From NCBI GenBank assembly GCA_963781675.1, contig CAWAGF010000006.1, positions 324,045-388,044 of the forward strand: 64,000 nucleotides of DNA, given 5' to 3'. Positions 30,993-41,062 of the stretch are shown here, one piece after another. Each line of letters begins with the position of its first letter. Within the stretch, counting starts at the first letter, position 1. This DNA comes from an uncultured Actinomycetota bacterium. GTDB taxonomy: Bacteria > Actinomycetota > Actinomycetes > Mycobacteriales > SCTD01. The notes beneath the pieces are model-generated. The model was given only the letters and a program-made list of their open reading frames with translations. It was not told the DNA's origin and did not search any database. Position numbers and translations under genes: made by a program.

Positions 30993-32579
30993 TCAGGCCG
31001 TGCGGCGGCGTCGCAGTAGGCCGCCCGCGACGAGCAGCGCGAGCGCCGCGACGCCGGGCACCACCCCGGAGCCGGTCGCCGGCAGGCCCGCACCGCCGCC
31101 ACCGGGGCGCGGGGCCGGCTCGTCCTGCACCGGGGGTGCGGCGGGCGCGGGAGCGCCGGGGGCCGGAGCCGCCGCCAGCAGGGCGCTCGGCCCGCTGGTC
31201 TGCTTGGCCCACACGACCTGGCCGTCGCCGGCCTGGGGCTGGTCGTCGTCGGCGTAGGCCACCTGCGCGAGGCCGTCCGGGCCGATGGCGAGCTCGAAGA
31301 AGTCGAGCAGGCTGCGGTCGCCGCCGAGCACGCAGAGCAGGCCGTTCAGGCAGATGTCGCCGGTGTGGATCGGGTCGGGCGAGATGTCGCCGCGGCTGAT
31401 GACCGGGCTGTCGGTGTCGGCGCCGCGCACCTGCGCGAAGTGCACGTTCCAGACGCTCGCGGGGTCGTCGGCGTTGGCGCCGTTCTCCGTGCCGTACCAG
31501 GCCAGGTCCAGCACACCGGGCGCTCCGGCCGCCCCCGTCGCGTAGATCTGCGCGCCCTTCGCCATCGGCGCGTCGTCGACCCGCAACGGCTCGCTCCACG
31601 TGGCCGCCTTGTCCTTGGACACCACGTAGTACGTGTGGAAGTTGCCCGGCGACTCCCGGTCGGAGTTGAACAGCAGGTAGACGTTGCCGGCGGCGTCGAT
31701 CGTCCCCCAGGGGAAGATCGCCCCGTTGGCGACGTCGCCGGTGTCCACGACGGCGTACCGGTTGCTGAAGGCGCTGTCGTTCGCGCCCTTGTGCGCCACG
31801 ACGATGCCCCGGGTCGGGCCGAACGGCGGGGTGCCCTGCGTGAGGTTGCTCTCGGCGTTCGAGATCGAGTAGAGGACGTAGAGGTCCTGGTCGTCCGGGC
31901 TCACGAGGATCGGGCCGCTGAACGTGTTGACGCCCTGGTCGAGCAGCGACGCCGGGTCGCCCTCGGCCGGGGTCGTCGCCGCGCCAGGAGCGGCCACCTG
32001 GTCCGTCCCGGTCACCGGCAGCGCTGCGTCCGTCTCCGGCCAGGTCAGGCCGCCGTCGGTGCTGCGGGCGTAGAGCTCCGCCTCGGCCACGAAGTCGTGG
32101 TAGACGAGGTAGACCGTCTCGCCGTCGCTGGTGTGCGCCAGCCACTGCCGGTCCTGCTCGATGCCCGCGGTCTCCTCGCCCTTCCACGTCGCGCCGAAGT
32201 CCTCGGAGTAGCGCACCGCGCTGTCGACGACCTCCAGGTCCACGTTGATCAGCCGGCCGTTCGGCAGGAAGTCCAGCTCGCAGTCGCCGCCGCCGTTGGC
32301 GCTGTTCGTGTGCGACGTGCCGAACGTGCGGCCGTCGTCGCCCGAGAACCAGTCGCTCGTCTCGCCGGCGCCGCCCGGCACGCAGACGGCGATGTGCCCG
32401 TCGCGCGCTACCGCGAGCGACGGCTCGCCGTAGGCGCCCTGGTCCTGGAGCACGGTCGTCCGGAAGACGAAGGCGTCCGTCCCGGTGCGGGCGGCGCCGG
32501 AGGCAGGTGCGCCGAGGGCGACCGTGGCGAGGCCGAGCGCAGCGACGACGAGGGCGGCCGGGCCGCGGCGAGCGAGCAT
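30993..32579 (-). CDS. LPXTG-anchored surface protein with Asp-box (BNR) repeats, sialidase-like beta-propeller
   Basis: Signal peptide MLARRGPAALVVAALGLATVALGAPASGA. Four Asp-boxes: SGDDGRTF, SEDFGATW, STDGGLTW, SKDKAATW. The C-terminus has LPATG, a hydrophobic stretch and RRRRTA. Confidence 0.7.
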   Translation of the reverse strand: MLARRGPAALVVAALGLATVALGAPASGAARTGTDAFVFRTTVLQDQGAYGEPSLAVARDGHIAVCVPGGAGETSDWFSGDDGRTFGTSHTNSANGGGDCELDFLPNGRLINVDLEVVDSAVRYSEDFGATWKGEETAGIEQDRQWLAHTSDGETVYLVYHDFVAEAELYARSTDGGLTWPETDAALPVTGTDQVAAPGAATTPAEGDPASLLDQGVNTFSGPILVSPDDQDLYVLYSISNAESNLTQGTPPFGPTRGIVVAHKGANDSAFSNRYAVVDTGDVANGAIFPWGTIDAAGNVYLLFNSDRESPGNFHTYYVVSKDKAATWSEPLRVDDAPMAKGAQIYATGAAGAPGVLDLAWYGTENGANADDPASVWNVHFAQVRGADTDSPVISRGDISPDPIHTGDICLNGLLCVLGGDRSLLDFFELAIGPDGLAQVAYADDDQPQAGDGQVVWAKQTSGPSALLAAAPAPGAPAPAAPPVQDEPAPRPGGGGAGLPATGSGVVPGVAALALLVAGGLLRRRRTA

Positions 32580-32616
32580 GCGGCGGACCGTACGCCTGTG
32601 CGGGCCGCTCCGGGCG

Positions 32617-33393
32617 CTACTCCCAGCGGAACAGCCGGCTGGCCGCGGCGAGCGAGAGCACGGCCCACACGGCGAGCGCCGCGAGGTCGCGCAGCGGCAG
32701 GGCGACGCCGTCCACCAGGACCTCGCGCAGGCCGTGGCTGAGCGCCGCGGTGGGCAGCAGCGACAGGACGCTCTCGGCGGGCCCGAAGGCCGACACCGGG
32801 AACAGCACGCCGCCCAGCACGAGCAGCACGAACCAGAGCAGGTTCGCGGCGGCCAGCGTGGTCAGGCCGCGCAACGTGCCGCCGAGCAGCAGCCCGAGGC
32901 CGCTGAAGGCCGCCGTGCCGAGCACGACCAGGGCGACCACCGACAGCACTGACCCGCGGGGGTGCCAGCCCAGGGCGAGGCCGACGAGGCTGAGCAGCGT
33001 CACCTGGAGCAGCTCGACGACCAGCACGGCCGAGGTCTTGGCCAGCAGCAGGACCGACCGCGGCAGCGGGGTGGCGCCCAGGCGCTTGAGCACGCCGTAC
33101 TGCCGCTCGAAGCCGACGCCGATCGCCTGGCCGGTGAAGGCGGTCGACATGACCGCCAGCGCGAGGACGCCCGGCACGAAGAAGTCCGCGCGGCCGCCGT
33201 CGTCCACCGGGATGAACGGGATCGTGATGAGCACGACGAGCAGGCCGAGCGGGATCACCAGGCTGAGCAGCACCTGCTCGCCGTTGCGCAGGACGAGCTT
33301 GAGCTCCGCGACCGCCTGCGCGGCCAGCATGCGGGGGAGCGGAGCGGCTCCTGGGGCGGGGGCCAGCGCGCCCGGGGTCCAGCTGCTGGTCAC
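32617..33393 (-). CDS. ABC-2 type transporter permease
   Basis: GTG 33393 overlaps the ATPase stop (GTGA). Six hydrophobic segments within ORF 32617..33489. Confidence 0.8.
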   Translation of the reverse strand: MTSSWTPGALAPAPGAAPLPRMLAAQAVAELKLVLRNGEQVLLSLVIPLGLLVVLITIPFIPVDDGGRADFFVPGVLALAVMSTAFTGQAIGVGFERQYGVLKRLGATPLPRSVLLLAKTSAVLVVELLQVTLLSLVGLALGWHPRGSVLSVVALVVLGTAAFSGLGLLLGGTLRGLTTLAAANLLWFVLLVLGGVLFPVSAFGPAESVLSLLPTAALSHGLREVLVDGVALPLRDLAALAVWAVLSLAAASRLFRWE

Positions 33394-34307
33394 GTGCGGA
33401 TCCCCTTGCCGGTCAGCTCGAGGAAGACGTCCTCCAGCGAGCGGCGCTCGATCTGCAGGTCGGCCGCCATGGCGTCGTTCGAGGCGCACCAGGCCGTGAC
33501 GGTGGCCAGCAGCTGCGGGTCCATGAGGCCCTCCACGAGGTACTGCCCGGCCGGCGACTCCTTGGCCGCGGAGCCGGCCGGCAGCGCGCTGAGCAGCTGG
33601 TCGAGGTCCAGCCCCGGGGTGGAGCGGAAGCGGAGCTGCCCGGCGGCGCCGCGGCTGGTGAGCTCGGCGACGGTCCCGGCCGCGACGACCCGTCCGTGGT
33701 CGACCACGACGACGTCGTCGGCCAGCCGCTCGGCCTCGTCCAGCAGGTGGGTCGTCAGGACGACGCTCACGCCGTCGTTGCGCAGCGCCTCCACGATGTC
33801 CCAGGTGGCGTGCCGGGCCTGCGGGTCGAGCCCGGCGGTCGGCTCGTCCAGGAAGACCAGCTCGGGCCGCCCGACGATCGCCAGGCCGAGCGACAGGCGC
33901 TGCTGCTGGCCGCCGGACAGCCGGCGGTAGGGCGTGCGGGCCACCTCGACCAGCCCCAGCCGCTCCAGCAGCTCCGCCGGGTCGAGCGGGTGCGCGGCGT
34001 ACGACGCGACCAGGCGCAGCATCTCCGCGCAGCGCAGGCCCGGGTAGGCGCCGCCCGTCTGCGGCATGACGCCGATGCGCGGACGCAGCGAGGCGTCGCG
34101 CGGGGACTGCCCCAGCACCCGCACCTCGCCGGCGTCCGGCGTGCGGAAGCCCTGGCAGATCTCGACGGTCGTGGTCTTGCCGGCGCCGTTCGGCCCGAGC
34201 AGCGCCAGCACCGTCCCGGGCCGGACCTGCAGGGACAGGTCGTCGACCACGGCGCGCCCGGAGTACCGCTTCACCAGGCCCTGCACGTCGAGAGCGGGCG
34301 CGGTCAC
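33390..34307 (-). CDS. ABC transporter ATP-binding protein (ABC-2/DrrA-like)
   Basis: [18 protein letters not shown] and [12 protein letters not shown]. Confidence 0.9.
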   Translation of the reverse strand: MTAPALDVQGLVKRYSGRAVVDDLSLQVRPGTVLALLGPNGAGKTTTVEICQGFRTPDAGEVRVLGQSPRDASLRPRIGVMPQTGGAYPGLRCAEMLRLVASYAAHPLDPAELLERLGLVEVARTPYRRLSGGQQQRLSLGLAIVGRPELVFLDEPTAGLDPQARHATWDIVEALRNDGVSVVLTTHLLDEAERLADDVVVVDHGRVVAAGTVAELTSRGAAGQLRFRSTPGLDLDQLLSALPAGSAAKESPAGQYLVEGLMDPQLLATVTAWCASNDAMAADLQIERRSLEDVFLELTGKGIRT

Positions 34308-34360
34308 CTCCCCAGGCTACGGCGGCAGTCCGGAGCGCGCCCCGCAGCGATCACGCACAT

Positions 34361-34422
34361 GATCATCCGTGCCGTGGCGGCGCGACCCGCCGGCGCGTCG
34401 CGCCGCCGACGTGCGGATGATC
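34361..34422. promoter_or_regulatory. 62-nt imperfect palindrome in the divergent ABC / sufR intergenic region (operator or 5' UTR structure candidate)
   Basis: The arms GATCATCCGtgccgtGGCGGCGCGAC and GTCGCGCCGCCgacgtgCGGATGATC pair over 9 and 11 bp around an internal loop. The apical loop is 10 nt. Confidence 0.4.
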
Positions 34423-34509
34423 TCCGTAGACCAGGTGAGGGTGCCCTTCGTGGCGTGCCTCACCAGGGGCGGGTTCGACGCGCGGCAGCATTTACGCGAC
34501 ACTGGCGTT

Positions 34510-35157
34510 GTGAAAATCGTGGCGGAGCAGTCGGGCACCCGGGAGCGCGTGCGCTCGCTGCTGCTCGCGCTCGGCCCGTCGACCGCCGCCGTGCTCTCCG
34601 AGCGCCTCGGGCTGAGCCCCGCCGCCGTGCGCAAGCACCTCGACGCGCTGCTCGCCGACGGCACCGTCACGACCCGCGAGCCGCACGTCCTGGGCCTGCG
34701 CGGGCGCGGCCGCCCCGCGCGGCTGTACGTCCTCACCGACGCGGGCCACGCCGGCGGCCCCTCCTCCTACGACGACCTGGCCAGCGGCGCGCTGCGCTTC
34801 CTCGCCGAGGCGGGCGGCACCGAGGCCGTCGAGCGGTTCGCCCAGACCCGGGTGGCCGAGCTCGAGGAGCGCTACTCCGACCGGCTGCGCGACGCCGACG
34901 ACAAGCCGGCCGCCCTCGCGGAGGCGCTGTCGGCGGACGGCTACGCCGCGACCACCTCGGCGCACGGCAACGGCGTGCAGCTCTGCCAGCACCACTGCCC
35001 GGTCAAGCACGTCGCTGCGGAGTTCCCGCAGCTGTGCGACGCCGAGACGGCTGCCCTCGGGCGCCTGCTCGACGTGCACGTCCAGAGACTCGCGACCATC
35101 GCCCACGGCGACGGCGTGTGCACCACCTTCATCCCGAGCGGGAAGGCTTCACGATGA
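34510..35157 (+). CDS. sufR: SufR-type winged-helix transcriptional regulator of the suf operon
   Basis: ORF 34369..35157, with the start placed at GTG 34510 (34519 is also possible) to exclude the Arg-rich leader. w[45 protein letters not shown]-terminal Cys cluster [18 protein letters not shown]...C. The stop overlaps the sufB start (ATGA). Confidence 0.75.
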   Translation: MKIVAEQSGTRERVRSLLLALGPSTAAVLSERLGLSPAAVRKHLDALLADGTVTTREPHVLGLRGRGRPARLYVLTDAGHAGGPSSYDDLASGALRFLAEAGGTEAVERFAQTRVAELEERYSDRLRDADDKPAALAEALSADGYAATTSAHGNGVQLCQHHCPVKHVAAEFPQLCDAETAALGRLLDVHVQRLATIAHGDGVCTTFIPSGKASR

Positions 35158-36572
35158 CCACCACCCCTGAGCAGGCGATCGATGCCCTCGGCCTCGGCGC
35201 GTACGAGTTCGGCTGGTCCGACTCGGACGTCGCCGGCTCGACCGCGGTCCGGGGCATCAACCCGGGGGTCGTCGAGAACATCTCGGCGCTCAAGAGCGAG
35301 CCGCAGTGGATGCTCGACCTGCGCCTCAAGGGCCTCAAGCTGTTCGAGAAGAAGCCCATGCCCACGTGGGGCTCGGACCTGTCGGGCATCGACTTCGACA
35401 ACATCAAGTACTTCGTGCGCACCTCGGAGAAGCAGGCCACCAGCTGGGAGGACCTGCCCGAGGACATCAAGAACACCTACGACAAGCTCGGCATCCCCGA
35501 GGCGGAGAAGCAGCGCCTGGTCGCCGGTGTCGCGGCGCAGTACGAGTCCGAGGTCGTCTACCACTCGATCCGCGAGGACCTCGAGGAGAAGGGCGTCATC
35601 TTCGTCGACACCGACACCGCGCTGCGCGAGCACGAGGCGCTGTTCCGGGAGTACTTCGGCTCGGTGATCCCGGTCGGCGACAACAAGTTCGCCGCGCTCA
35701 ACACGGCGGTCTGGTCCGGCGGCTCGTTCATCTACGTCCCGCCCGGCGTCAAGGTCGACATCCCGCTGCAGGCCTACTTCCGCATCAACACCGAGAACAT
35801 GGGCCAGTTCGAGCGGACGCTGATCATCGCCGACGAGGGCTCCTCGGTGCACTACGTCGAGGGCTGCACCGCCCCGATCTACTCCAGCGACTCGCTGCAC
35901 TCCGCCGTCGTCGAGATCATCGTCAAGAAGGACGCGCACGTCCGCTACACGACCATCCAGAACTGGTCGAACAACGTCTACAACCTGGTCACCAAGCGGA
36001 CCGCCGTGCACGAGGGCGGCCGGATGGAGTGGATCGACGGCAACATCGGCTCCAAGGTCACCATGAAGTACCCGGCCTGCTACCTGCTCGGCGAGCGGGC
36101 CGTCGGCGAGACGCTCTCCATCGCCTTCGCCGGCGAGGGCCAGCACCAGGACGCCGGCGCGAAGATGGTCCACGCGGCCCCCCGCACGACCAGCAACATC
36201 GTCAGCAAGTCGGTGGCCCGCGGCGGCGGGCGCACCTCCTACCGCGGTCTGGTCCAGGTCCAGGAGGGCGCGACCGGCTCCAGGAGCAACGTCGTGTGCG
36301 ACGCCCTGCTCGTCGACTCGATCAGCCGCAGCGACACCTACCCGTACGTCGACGTGCGCGAGGACGACGTGTCCCTCGGGCACGAGGCCACGGTCAGCCG
36401 TGTCGGCGAGGACCAGCTCTTCTACCTGATGAGCCGCGGCATGTCGGAGCAGGAGGCGATGGCCATGGTCGTGCGCGGCTTCGTCGAGCCGATCGCCCGC
36501 GAGCTGCCGATGGAGTACGCCCTCGAGCTCAACCGCCTCATCGAGCTGCAGATGGAGGGCTCCGTTGGCTAG
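35154..36572 (+). CDS. sufB: Fe-S cluster assembly protein SufB
   Basis: [13 protein letters not shown]...[23 protein letters not shown]...[15 protein letters not shown]. Confidence 0.95.
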   Translation: MTTTPEQAIDALGLGAYEFGWSDSDVAGSTAVRGINPGVVENISALKSEPQWMLDLRLKGLKLFEKKPMPTWGSDLSGIDFDNIKYFVRTSEKQATSWEDLPEDIKNTYDKLGIPEAEKQRLVAGVAAQYESEVVYHSIREDLEEKGVIFVDTDTALREHEALFREYFGSVIPVGDNKFAALNTAVWSGGSFIYVPPGVKVDIPLQAYFRINTENMGQFERTLIIADEGSSVHYVEGCTAPIYSSDSLHSAVVEIIVKKDAHVRYTTIQNWSNNVYNLVTKRTAVHEGGRMEWIDGNIGSKVTMKYPACYLLGERAVGETLSIAFAGEGQHQDAGAKMVHAAPRTTSNIVSKSVARGGGRTSYRGLVQVQEGATGSRSNVVCDALLVDSISRSDTYPYVDVREDDVSLGHEATVSRVGEDQLFYLMSRGMSEQEAMAMVVRGFVEPIARELPMEYALELNRLIELQMEGSVG

Positions 36573-36579
36573 CAGCTCC

Positions 36580-37788
36580 ATGTCCGACGCGCTCAGCACC
36601 GAGCGCGCGGCGCTGAAGGAGACCGGCGGCATCACCGACGGCGCGGTCGCCGTCGGCGTGAAGCCGTCGACGCCGCGCAGCCCGGCGGACGTACGACCGG
36701 AGCGCGTCCGGTCGGCCGACCCCGAGGTGTTCGGCCCGCCGACCGGGCGCGAGGAGGAGTGGCGCTTCACCCCGCTGGACCGCCTGCGCGTGCTGCTCGA
36801 CGGCGCGCCGTCGGACGCCCGGCTGGCCGTCGAGAGCGACCTGCCCGCAGGCGTCGAGCTGGTCGAGGTGCCGAGCTCGGAGCTCGACGTGCCGCTGCCC
36901 GTCGACCGGCTCGCCGCGCTCGCGCTGCAGCGCGCCGGCTCCGCGCTCGTGGTCCGGGTGCCCAAGGCGCTCGAGGCCGACCGCCCCGTGGTGCTGCGCC
37001 TGACCGGCACCGGTACCGGCGAGGTCGTCTGGGGCCACGTCGTCCTCGACGTCGCCGAGCAGGCGCGCGTCACGGTCGTCGTGGAGCACGCCGGCAGCGC
37101 CCACTACGCCTCCGTCGTCTCCGTGCTGGTCGGCGACGGCGCCGCGCTGCAGCTCGTGCAGGTGCAGGACTGGTCCGGCGACAGCGTCCACGGCGCCCAC
37201 GTCGCGAGCCGTCTCGGCCGCGACGCGCGGCTCGTCTCGACGCAGGTCACCCTCGGCGGCGACCTGGTGCGGATCAACGAGACGGTCGACTTCACCGCGA
37301 CCGGCGGCGACGTCGACCTGCGGGGCGTCTCCTTCGCCGACGGCGGCCAGCACCTCGAGCACCGCCTGCTCGTCGACCACAGCGTGCCGAGCTGCACCAG
37401 CAACGTCGTCTACAAGTCGGCGCTGCACGGCGACGAGGCGCACACGGTGTGGGTCGGCGACGTCCTCATCCGCGCCGCCGCGACCGGGACGCGGACCTAC
37501 GAGCTGAACCGCAACCTGCTGCTGACGCCCGAGGCGCGCGCGGACTCCGTGCCGAACCTCGAGATCGAGACCGGCGAGATCGCCGGTGCCGGTCACGCGT
37601 CGGCCACCGGCCGCTTCGACGACGAGCAGCTGTTCTACCTGCAGTCGCGCGGCCTCCCGACCGACGTCGCGCGCCGCATGGTCGTGCGCGGCTTCTTCGC
37701 CGACGTGGTCGAGGACCTCGGCGTGCCGGCGCTCGAGGAGCGCCTCATGGAGACGATCGAGTCCGAGCTGGAGAGGGCCTTCGCATGA
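36580..37788 (+). CDS. sufD: Fe-S cluster assembly protein SufD
   Basis: ATG 36580 (the ORF track begins at TTG 36565). C-terminal motif GRFDDEQLFYLQSRGL. Confidence 0.9.
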   Translation: MSDALSTERAALKETGGITDGAVAVGVKPSTPRSPADVRPERVRSADPEVFGPPTGREEEWRFTPLDRLRVLLDGAPSDARLAVESDLPAGVELVEVPSSELDVPLPVDRLAALALQRAGSALVVRVPKALEADRPVVLRLTGTGTGEVVWGHVVLDVAEQARVTVVVEHAGSAHYASVVSVLVGDGAALQLVQVQDWSGDSVHGAHVASRLGRDARLVSTQVTLGGDLVRINETVDFTATGGDVDLRGVSFADGGQHLEHRLLVDHSVPSCTSNVVYKSALHGDEAHTVWVGDVLIRAAATGTRTYELNRNLLLTPEARADSVPNLEIETGEIAGAGHASATGRFDDEQLFYLQSRGLPTDVARRMVVRGFFADVVEDLGVPALEERLMETIESELERAFA

Positions 37789-38099
37789 CCGAGCCGCTGC
37801 GTGCCGCGTCGCTGTCCGACGTCCCCGACGAGGGCGCCATCCGCGTCGAGCTGGCCGGCAAGCCGGTCTGCCTCGCGAGGTCCGGCGGGGAGGTGTTCGC
37901 GCTCGCGGACGTCTGCTCGCACGCCGACGTCGCCCTGTCCGAGGGGGACGTCGAGGACGGCAAGATCGAGTGCTGGCTGCACGGCTCGCTGTTCGACCTG
38001 CGGACCGGTGAGCCCTCCGGGCTGCCGGCCATCCGCCCCGTGACCACCTACCCCGTGACCGTCGAGGGCGACGACGTCCTCGTGCAGATGGAGCCCTAG
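37785..38099 (+). CDS. Rieske [2Fe-2S] ferredoxin-like protein embedded in the suf operon
   Basis: ATG 37785 overlaps the sufD stop (ATGA). Rieske ligand motifs CSHADVAL and CWLHGSLF. Confidence 0.85.
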   Translation: MTEPLRAASLSDVPDEGAIRVELAGKPVCLARSGGEVFALADVCSHADVALSEGDVEDGKIECWLHGSLFDLRTGEPSGLPAIRPVTTYPVTVEGDDVLVQMEP

Positions 38100-38921
38100 A
38101 TGACCACCCTCGAGATCCGCGGCCTCACCGTGGCGGTGGAGGACACCGAGATCCTCACCGGTGTCGACCTCACCATCCGGTCCGGCGAGACCCACGCGAT
38201 CATGGGCCCGAACGGCTCCGGCAAGTCGACCCTGGCCTACGCCATCGCCGGCCACCCGAAGTACACCGTCACCGGCGGCACCGTCACCCTCGACGGCGAG
38301 GACGTCCTCGCGATGAGCGTCGACGAGCGCGCCCGCGCCGGCGTGTTCCTGGCGATGCAGTACCCGGTCGAGGTGCCCGGCGTCTCGGTCTCCAACTTCC
38401 TGCGCTCCGCCGCCACCGCCGTGCGCGGCGAGGCCCCGAAGCTGCGGCTCTGGGTCAAGGAGCAGAAGGAGGCGATGGGCCGGCTCGAGATGGACCCGGC
38501 CTTCGCCGAGCGCAACGTCAACGAGGGCTTCTCGGGCGGCGAGAAGAAGCGCCACGAGATCCTGCAGCTCGAGCTGCTGAAGCCGAAGATCGCCGTCCTG
38601 GACGAGACCGACTCCGGCCTGGACGTCGACGCCCTGCGCGTCGTCTCCGAGGGCGTCAACCGCGTCCGCGAGAGCGGCGACACCGGCGTTCTGCTCATCA
38701 CGCACTACACGCGGATCCTCAACTACATCAAGCCCGACTTCGTGCACGTCTTCGTCAAGGGCAGGATCGTCGAGCAGGGCGGCCCGGAGCTGGCCGACGA
38801 GCTCGAGAAGAACGGCTACGCCAAGTACGTCGGCGCCGAGGGCGGCGCCCTGCCGGACGCCGTCGCCGGTCGCGCGCTGCCGACCGGCCCGGTCGTCCCC
38901 GGCGCGGTGACGACCGCATGA
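38100..38921 (+). CDS. sufC: Fe-S cluster assembly ATPase SufC
   Basis: [32 protein letters not shown] and LITHY. Confidence 0.95.
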   Translation: MTTLEIRGLTVAVEDTEILTGVDLTIRSGETHAIMGPNGSGKSTLAYAIAGHPKYTVTGGTVTLDGEDVLAMSVDERARAGVFLAMQYPVEVPGVSVSNFLRSAATAVRGEAPKLRLWVKEQKEAMGRLEMDPAFAERNVNEGFSGGEKKRHEILQLELLKPKIAVLDETDSGLDVDALRVVSEGVNRVRESGDTGVLLITHYTRILNYIKPDFVHVFVKGRIVEQGGPELADELEKNGYAKYVGAEGGALPDAVAGRALPTGPVVPGAVTTA

Positions 38922-38964
38922 GCCCCGCAGCGCGCGTGCGCGCACGGCGCCCCGGCGGTGCGGC

Positions 38965-40233
38965 GTGACCTCCCTGCTCTCCGCGACGACGTACGACGTC
39001 GCTGCGGTGCGCGCGGACTTCCCGGTGCTCTCTCGGCAGGTCGGCGGCCGCCCGCTGGTCTACCTCGACAACGCGTCCAGCTCGCACAAGCCGCGGCAGG
39101 TCCTCGACGCCGAGCGGCAGTTCGTGGAGCAGCACTACAGCAACGTGCACCGCGGCGTGCACACGCTCTCGCAGGAGGCGACGGACGCCTACGAGGCGTC
39201 CCGCGAGCGGGTGGCGCGCTTCCTGCACGCGCCGGACGCGCGCGAGGTCGTGTTCACCAAGAACGCCACCGAGGCCTACAACCTGGTCGCCTACTCCTTC
39301 GGCAACGCCAAGGCCGGCAGCCGGTTCGCGCTCGGCCCGGGCGACGAGGTCTGCGTCACCGAGATGGAGCACCACTCCAACCTCGTGCCGTGGCAGATGC
39401 TGTGCGAGCGCACCGGCGCGACGCTGCGCTGGATCCCGCTCACGGACGACGGCCGGCTCGACCTCACCGACCTGGACGCCCTCGTCAACGAGCGCACCAA
39501 GGTGCTGGCGTTCGTGCACGTCAGCAACATCCTCGGCACCGCCAACCCGGTCGACGTGCTCGTCGCCCGCGCGAAGCAGGTCGGCGCGCTGACCCTGCTC
39601 GACGGCGCGCAGTCCGCCCCGCACCAGCCGGTGGACGTCGCCGCGCTGGACGTCGACTTCTTCGTCCTGACCGGCCACAAGATGCTCGCGCCGTCCGGCG
39701 TCGGCGTCCTCTGGGGCCGCCGGGAGCTGCTCGACGCGATGCCCCCGTTCCTCGGCGGCGGCTCGATGATCGAGGTCGTGCAGATGGGCGGCTCCACCTA
39801 CGCGCCCTCCCCGGAGCGGTTCGAGGCCGGAACCCCGGTCATCAGCCAGGCGGTCGCCCTCGCGGCGGCCTGCGACTACCTCGACGAGCTCGGACTGGAG
39901 CGCGTGCAGGCGCACGAGCAGCTGCTCACCGCCCGGCTGATCGACGGCATCCACCGGCTGGACGGCGTGCAGGTCATCGGGCCCGACTCGATGGAGCAGC
40001 GCGGCGCCGCCGTCAGCTTCGCCATCGACGGCGTGCACCCGCACGACGTCGGCCAGTCGTTGGACGAGCTCGGCATCGCGGTCCGCGTCGGCCACCACTG
40101 CGCCGCGCCGGTCTGCCGCCGCTACGGCGTGCCGGCCACGACGCGCGCCTCGTCGTACCTCTACAACACCGAGGACGAGATCGACGCGCTGCTGGAGGGG
40201 ATCCAGACCGTCCAGCGGTTCTGGGCAGCATGA
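38965..40233 (+). CDS. sufS: Cysteine desulfurase SufS (class V aminotransferase)
   Basis: YLDNASSSHKP, the PLP-lysine region LTGHKMLAPSGVG, and the active-site loop RVGHHCA. Confidence 0.93.
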   Translation: MTSLLSATTYDVAAVRADFPVLSRQVGGRPLVYLDNASSSHKPRQVLDAERQFVEQHYSNVHRGVHTLSQEATDAYEASRERVARFLHAPDAREVVFTKNATEAYNLVAYSFGNAKAGSRFALGPGDEVCVTEMEHHSNLVPWQMLCERTGATLRWIPLTDDGRLDLTDLDALVNERTKVLAFVHVSNILGTANPVDVLVARAKQVGALTLLDGAQSAPHQPVDVAALDVDFFVLTGHKMLAPSGVGVLWGRRELLDAMPPFLGGGSMIEVVQMGGSTYAPSPERFEAGTPVISQAVALAAACDYLDELGLERVQAHEQLLTARLIDGIHRLDGVQVIGPDSMEQRGAAVSFAIDGVHPHDVGQSLDELGIAVRVGHHCAAPVCRRYGVPATTRASSYLYNTEDEIDALLEGIQTVQRFWAA

Positions 40234-40679
40234 GCGAGAGCCTCTACCAGGAGATCATCCTGGACCACTACCGGAACCCGCACCACAAGGGCCTGCGCGA
40301 CCCGTACGACGTCGAGGTCCACCACGTGAACCCGACCTGCGGCGACGAGGTCACGCTGCGCGTGAAGGTGGCGGACGGGACCGTCCAGGACGTCTCGTAC
40401 GAGGGCCAGGGGTGCTCGATCAGCCAGGCGAGCACCTCGGTCATGACCGACCTCGTCATCGGCAAGCCGGTCGAGGAGGCGCTGCAGACGAGCGAGGCGT
40501 TCCTCGCGCTGATGCAGAGCCGGGGGCAGCTCGAGCCGGACGAGGACGTGCTGGAGGACGGCGTCGCCTTCGCCGGCGTGAGCCGCTACCCCGCGCGGGT
40601 GAAGTGCGCGCTGCTGGGCTGGATGGCATGGAAGGACGCGACCGCACAGGCCGTGACCACGACGGAGGAGACGGCATGA
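40230..40679 (+). CDS. sufU: SUF-system Fe-S scaffold / sulfur acceptor SufU (IscU/NifU-like)
   Basis: ATG 40230 overlaps the sufS stop. YQEIILDHYRNPHHKG, NPTCGDEV, GCSISQAS and RVKCALL. Confidence 0.9.
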   Translation: MSESLYQEIILDHYRNPHHKGLRDPYDVEVHHVNPTCGDEVTLRVKVADGTVQDVSYEGQGCSISQASTSVMTDLVIGKPVEEALQTSEAFLALMQSRGQLEPDEDVLEDGVAFAGVSRYPARVKCALLGWMAWKDATAQAVTTTEETA

Positions 40680-41038
40680 GCGAGGACAAGGTCCTGGAGA
40701 CCCCGACGGCGGCGGACGCCCCCAGGCAGCGGGCCAGCGAGGACGACATCACCGAGGCGATGAAGGACGTCGTCGACCCCGAGCTCGGCATCAACGTCGT
40801 CGACCTCGGGCTGCTCTACGGCAACCAGGTGCACGAGGACAACACGGTCACCCTGGACATGACGCTGACGTCGGCGGCCTGCCCGTTGACCGACGTCATC
40901 GAGGACCAGACGCGCAGCGCCCTGGCGCCGCTGGTCGACGACGTCCGCATCAACTGGGTCTGGATGCCGCCGTGGGGCCCGGACAAGATCACCGACGACG
41001 GCCGGGACCAGCTGCGCGCCCTGGGGTTCAACGTCTGA
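40676..41038 (+). CDS. sufT: DUF59 / SufT-type metal-sulfur cluster assembly factor
   Basis: ATG 40676 overlaps the sufU stop. VVDPELGINVVDLGLLY and LTSAACPL. Confidence 0.85.
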   Translation: MSEDKVLETPTAADAPRQRASEDDITEAMKDVVDPELGINVVDLGLLYGNQVHEDNTVTLDMTLTSAACPLTDVIEDQTRSALAPLVDDVRINWVWMPPWGPDKITDDGRDQLRALGFNV

Positions 41039-41062
41039 CCCGATCGTCGTGGGCGCAGCGGA

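Noticed and set aside
34466-34482. A tRNA T-arm-like string GGGTTCGACGCG
   Set aside because: There is no acceptor stem, D-arm or anticodon arm around it. It lies in the sufR leader region.
34508-34518. TGAAAAT as a possible Zur box upstream of sufR
   Set aside because: Only one half-site is present. The palindromic partner (ATTTTCA) is absent.
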